A DNA stretch of 63,390 nt, the filler included, from Asterionella formosa (lineage: Eukaryota), in the NCBI GenBank assembly GCA_002256025.1. It is 20 parts of 20 records of this genome, joined end to end, with 100 filler letters (N's around TTAATTAATTAA, not from the genome) between each part and the next. Parts side by side here need not be neighbours in the genome. Positions count along the whole stretch, not along the records: positions 61,644 to 63,390 come from NKIB01001292.1; 19 more parts are not named here. The stretch is one strand, 5' to 3'. The notes beneath the pieces were generated by a model, which was given only the letters and a program-made list of their open reading frames with translations, made no database searches and was not told the origin of the DNA. The translations under genes were made by a program, and so were the position numbers. Each line of letters starts with the position of its first letter. Positions within the stretch are counted from its first letter, which is position 1. This document shows, piece by piece, positions 61,644-63,390 of this stretch.

Positions 61644-63031
61644 ATTTCTACTTTCTCAATTGAAGTAGATGATGAACCTTTGTTTACCTGTTCCCTCAAT
61701 CATCCAATTTTGGCAGACAATATTCAATATCCTCTGGATTATAACTCCATACATGATAGACAATTGCTGGCTATACAATTGATTCTCAATCAAACAAACC
61801 AAACACATCCGTTAAGATTTCCCTCTATCAATTTTCATCATATACATTTAATATATTTTGTGAAGAATCCAGGAGATACTTGACGTATTGTTATTCCTAC
61901 ATCACTATCGAATCCTATTATTTATTGGTATCATCAGATATTAACTCATGTGGGTATGACAAGATTAAATGCCACAGTTTCTACACATTTTTACTATCCT
62001 CCATGAAAAGCAAGAGTGGAACATATTACAAGCATATATGAAACATGTCAAAACGTACAAAATTACCTGGTGCTTGGTTTTGGTGAACTTCCACCAAGGA
62101 ATGCATTGTTATTACAATGCTCAGAAGTCACAGTGGATTTCATTGGTCCACGGAAGATAACAGTGACTCCACAAGCGATTGAATTTCATGCTCCAACTTG
62201 AGTTAACACAGTCACCAATTTACCAGAAATTTCACATATCGATAATAAGACATCAGAATATATTGTGATGAAATTTAAAAAATGATTGGTTAGACAGATA
62301 TCTCCGTCCAGAAGGTTGTATACATGACAATGGAGGTCAATTTACTGGTATTCCTTTCATACACATGTAAGTGTTGAATGGAATTAAAATTGGGACCATT
62401 ACAGTCAAGAATCCACAAACAAATGCTATCCGTGAACGTTTACATCAATCTATCAGTAACAATCTATGTACGAGTTATGTTAAAGGCTCATCCTCCAATC
62501 AAGGAATTTCAAGTTCAGAATATTGTGGATACCAGTTTGCTGCATCATATGCAGCTCGAGCTACTATTTATAGTACATTGTGTATTTTCACCAGGAACAT
62601 GGGTTTTCCAACATGATTTGATTACAGATATGTAATTGATATTGGGATATCAATGTCGATAAGTGATAATTGACAAATGACTACGTCGTGATAATTTCCG
62701 TCGTCGTTCTTGCGATTACAAGGTTGTTGATGAGGTTTTAATCCTATTGGATAATCCTACTACCTTGGATAACCATGGACGAGGTCCTTATTCTATTATT
62801 CAAGTATATGCCAATGTTACAGTTACTTTTCAACAAACTATGCATACTACGGAACGAATTAATATTCACTACATCAAACCTTTTCAAAGGTAAAAGGTTT
62901 TCCCTTGGTGTGGGAGAGTGAGCGATCTTGCACATCAATACAGATGTATATAGGAGAATGAGTTACACACAAGGATTAACAAATAAGCTCATATATTCAA
63001 CAAATACTACTACTTCTAGTTAGATACTTCA
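61644..63031 (+). mobile_element. Degenerate Ty3/Gypsy 3' end: integrase remnant, PPT, LTR (~62919-63031)
   Basis: Broken-frame WYHQILTHVG, GFGELPPR, VDFIGP, IHDNGGQF, KNPQTNAIRERLH. gggagag is followed by a TG...CA segment also present at 31675-31848. Confidence 0.85.
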
Positions 63032-63390
63032 CCAGGTACCAGGTGCAGTACTACTTAGGTTACTACTACCTGGTACCTACCGGTATTATTGTTTGGAAGA
63101 GGAAGGAACGTGGATGGATATACCGGTATTCGGTATTTTATGATACATAAGTGATGGGTGTCACATCATCATCGTTATTATTGATTGCAAGCAGGTCAGG
63201 TAAGTGTGAGTTCTCATTGTTTGCCGACAGTTTGCTGAGAGGGTTAAAGTCGTGGAGATTACCGTCTGCTCATGCAATTATTTCACTTGGAAGGTCAAGG
63301 ATTCGTTTGCCGATGGCTTGCTGCGATTGCTGCTTTTTGCCTTGCGCGGCGTGTCTTGCTGCTCCGTGGGCACACTCGTACGAAACTTGA

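Overview
Eukaryotic DNA, most likely from a diatom. This is inferred from short GT-AG introns, a signal-peptide+AF bipartite plastid leader, and diatom-type Gypsy/Copia/LINE relics. Bases 1-28226 behave as one scaffold with ordinary N gaps. It carries an ARM-repeat gene, a myristoylated SAM-GAF gene, an FN3-like gene, a 2OG-Fe(II) oxygenase, a repeat-rich TGN38-like membrane protein, RPL10, a MORN-repeat gene and a CK1-like kinase fused to a DUF465-like helical hairpin. From 28227 onward the window is an artificial concatenation of about 1.75 kb contigs, roughly sorted by length and joined by N44-TTAATTAATTAA-N44 spacers, so adjacency there means nothing. Those contigs hold a transposase pseudogene, a truncated M3 peptidase, an Ero1-like gene with a plastid-type leader, a Ser/Thr kinase, an F-box fragment, Copia and Gypsy relics, MITEs, two satellites and one GC-rich bacterial contig (PEP-CTERM + ankyrin). 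The best leads are the DUF465-CK1 fusion, the plastid-type Ero1, a composite tRNA-derived SINE-like family and pervasive GTAC/CCGG/CCWGG palindrome clusters. No CRISPR array or complete multi-gene novel system could be supported. All family calls come from motif recognition by eye; no database search was run.
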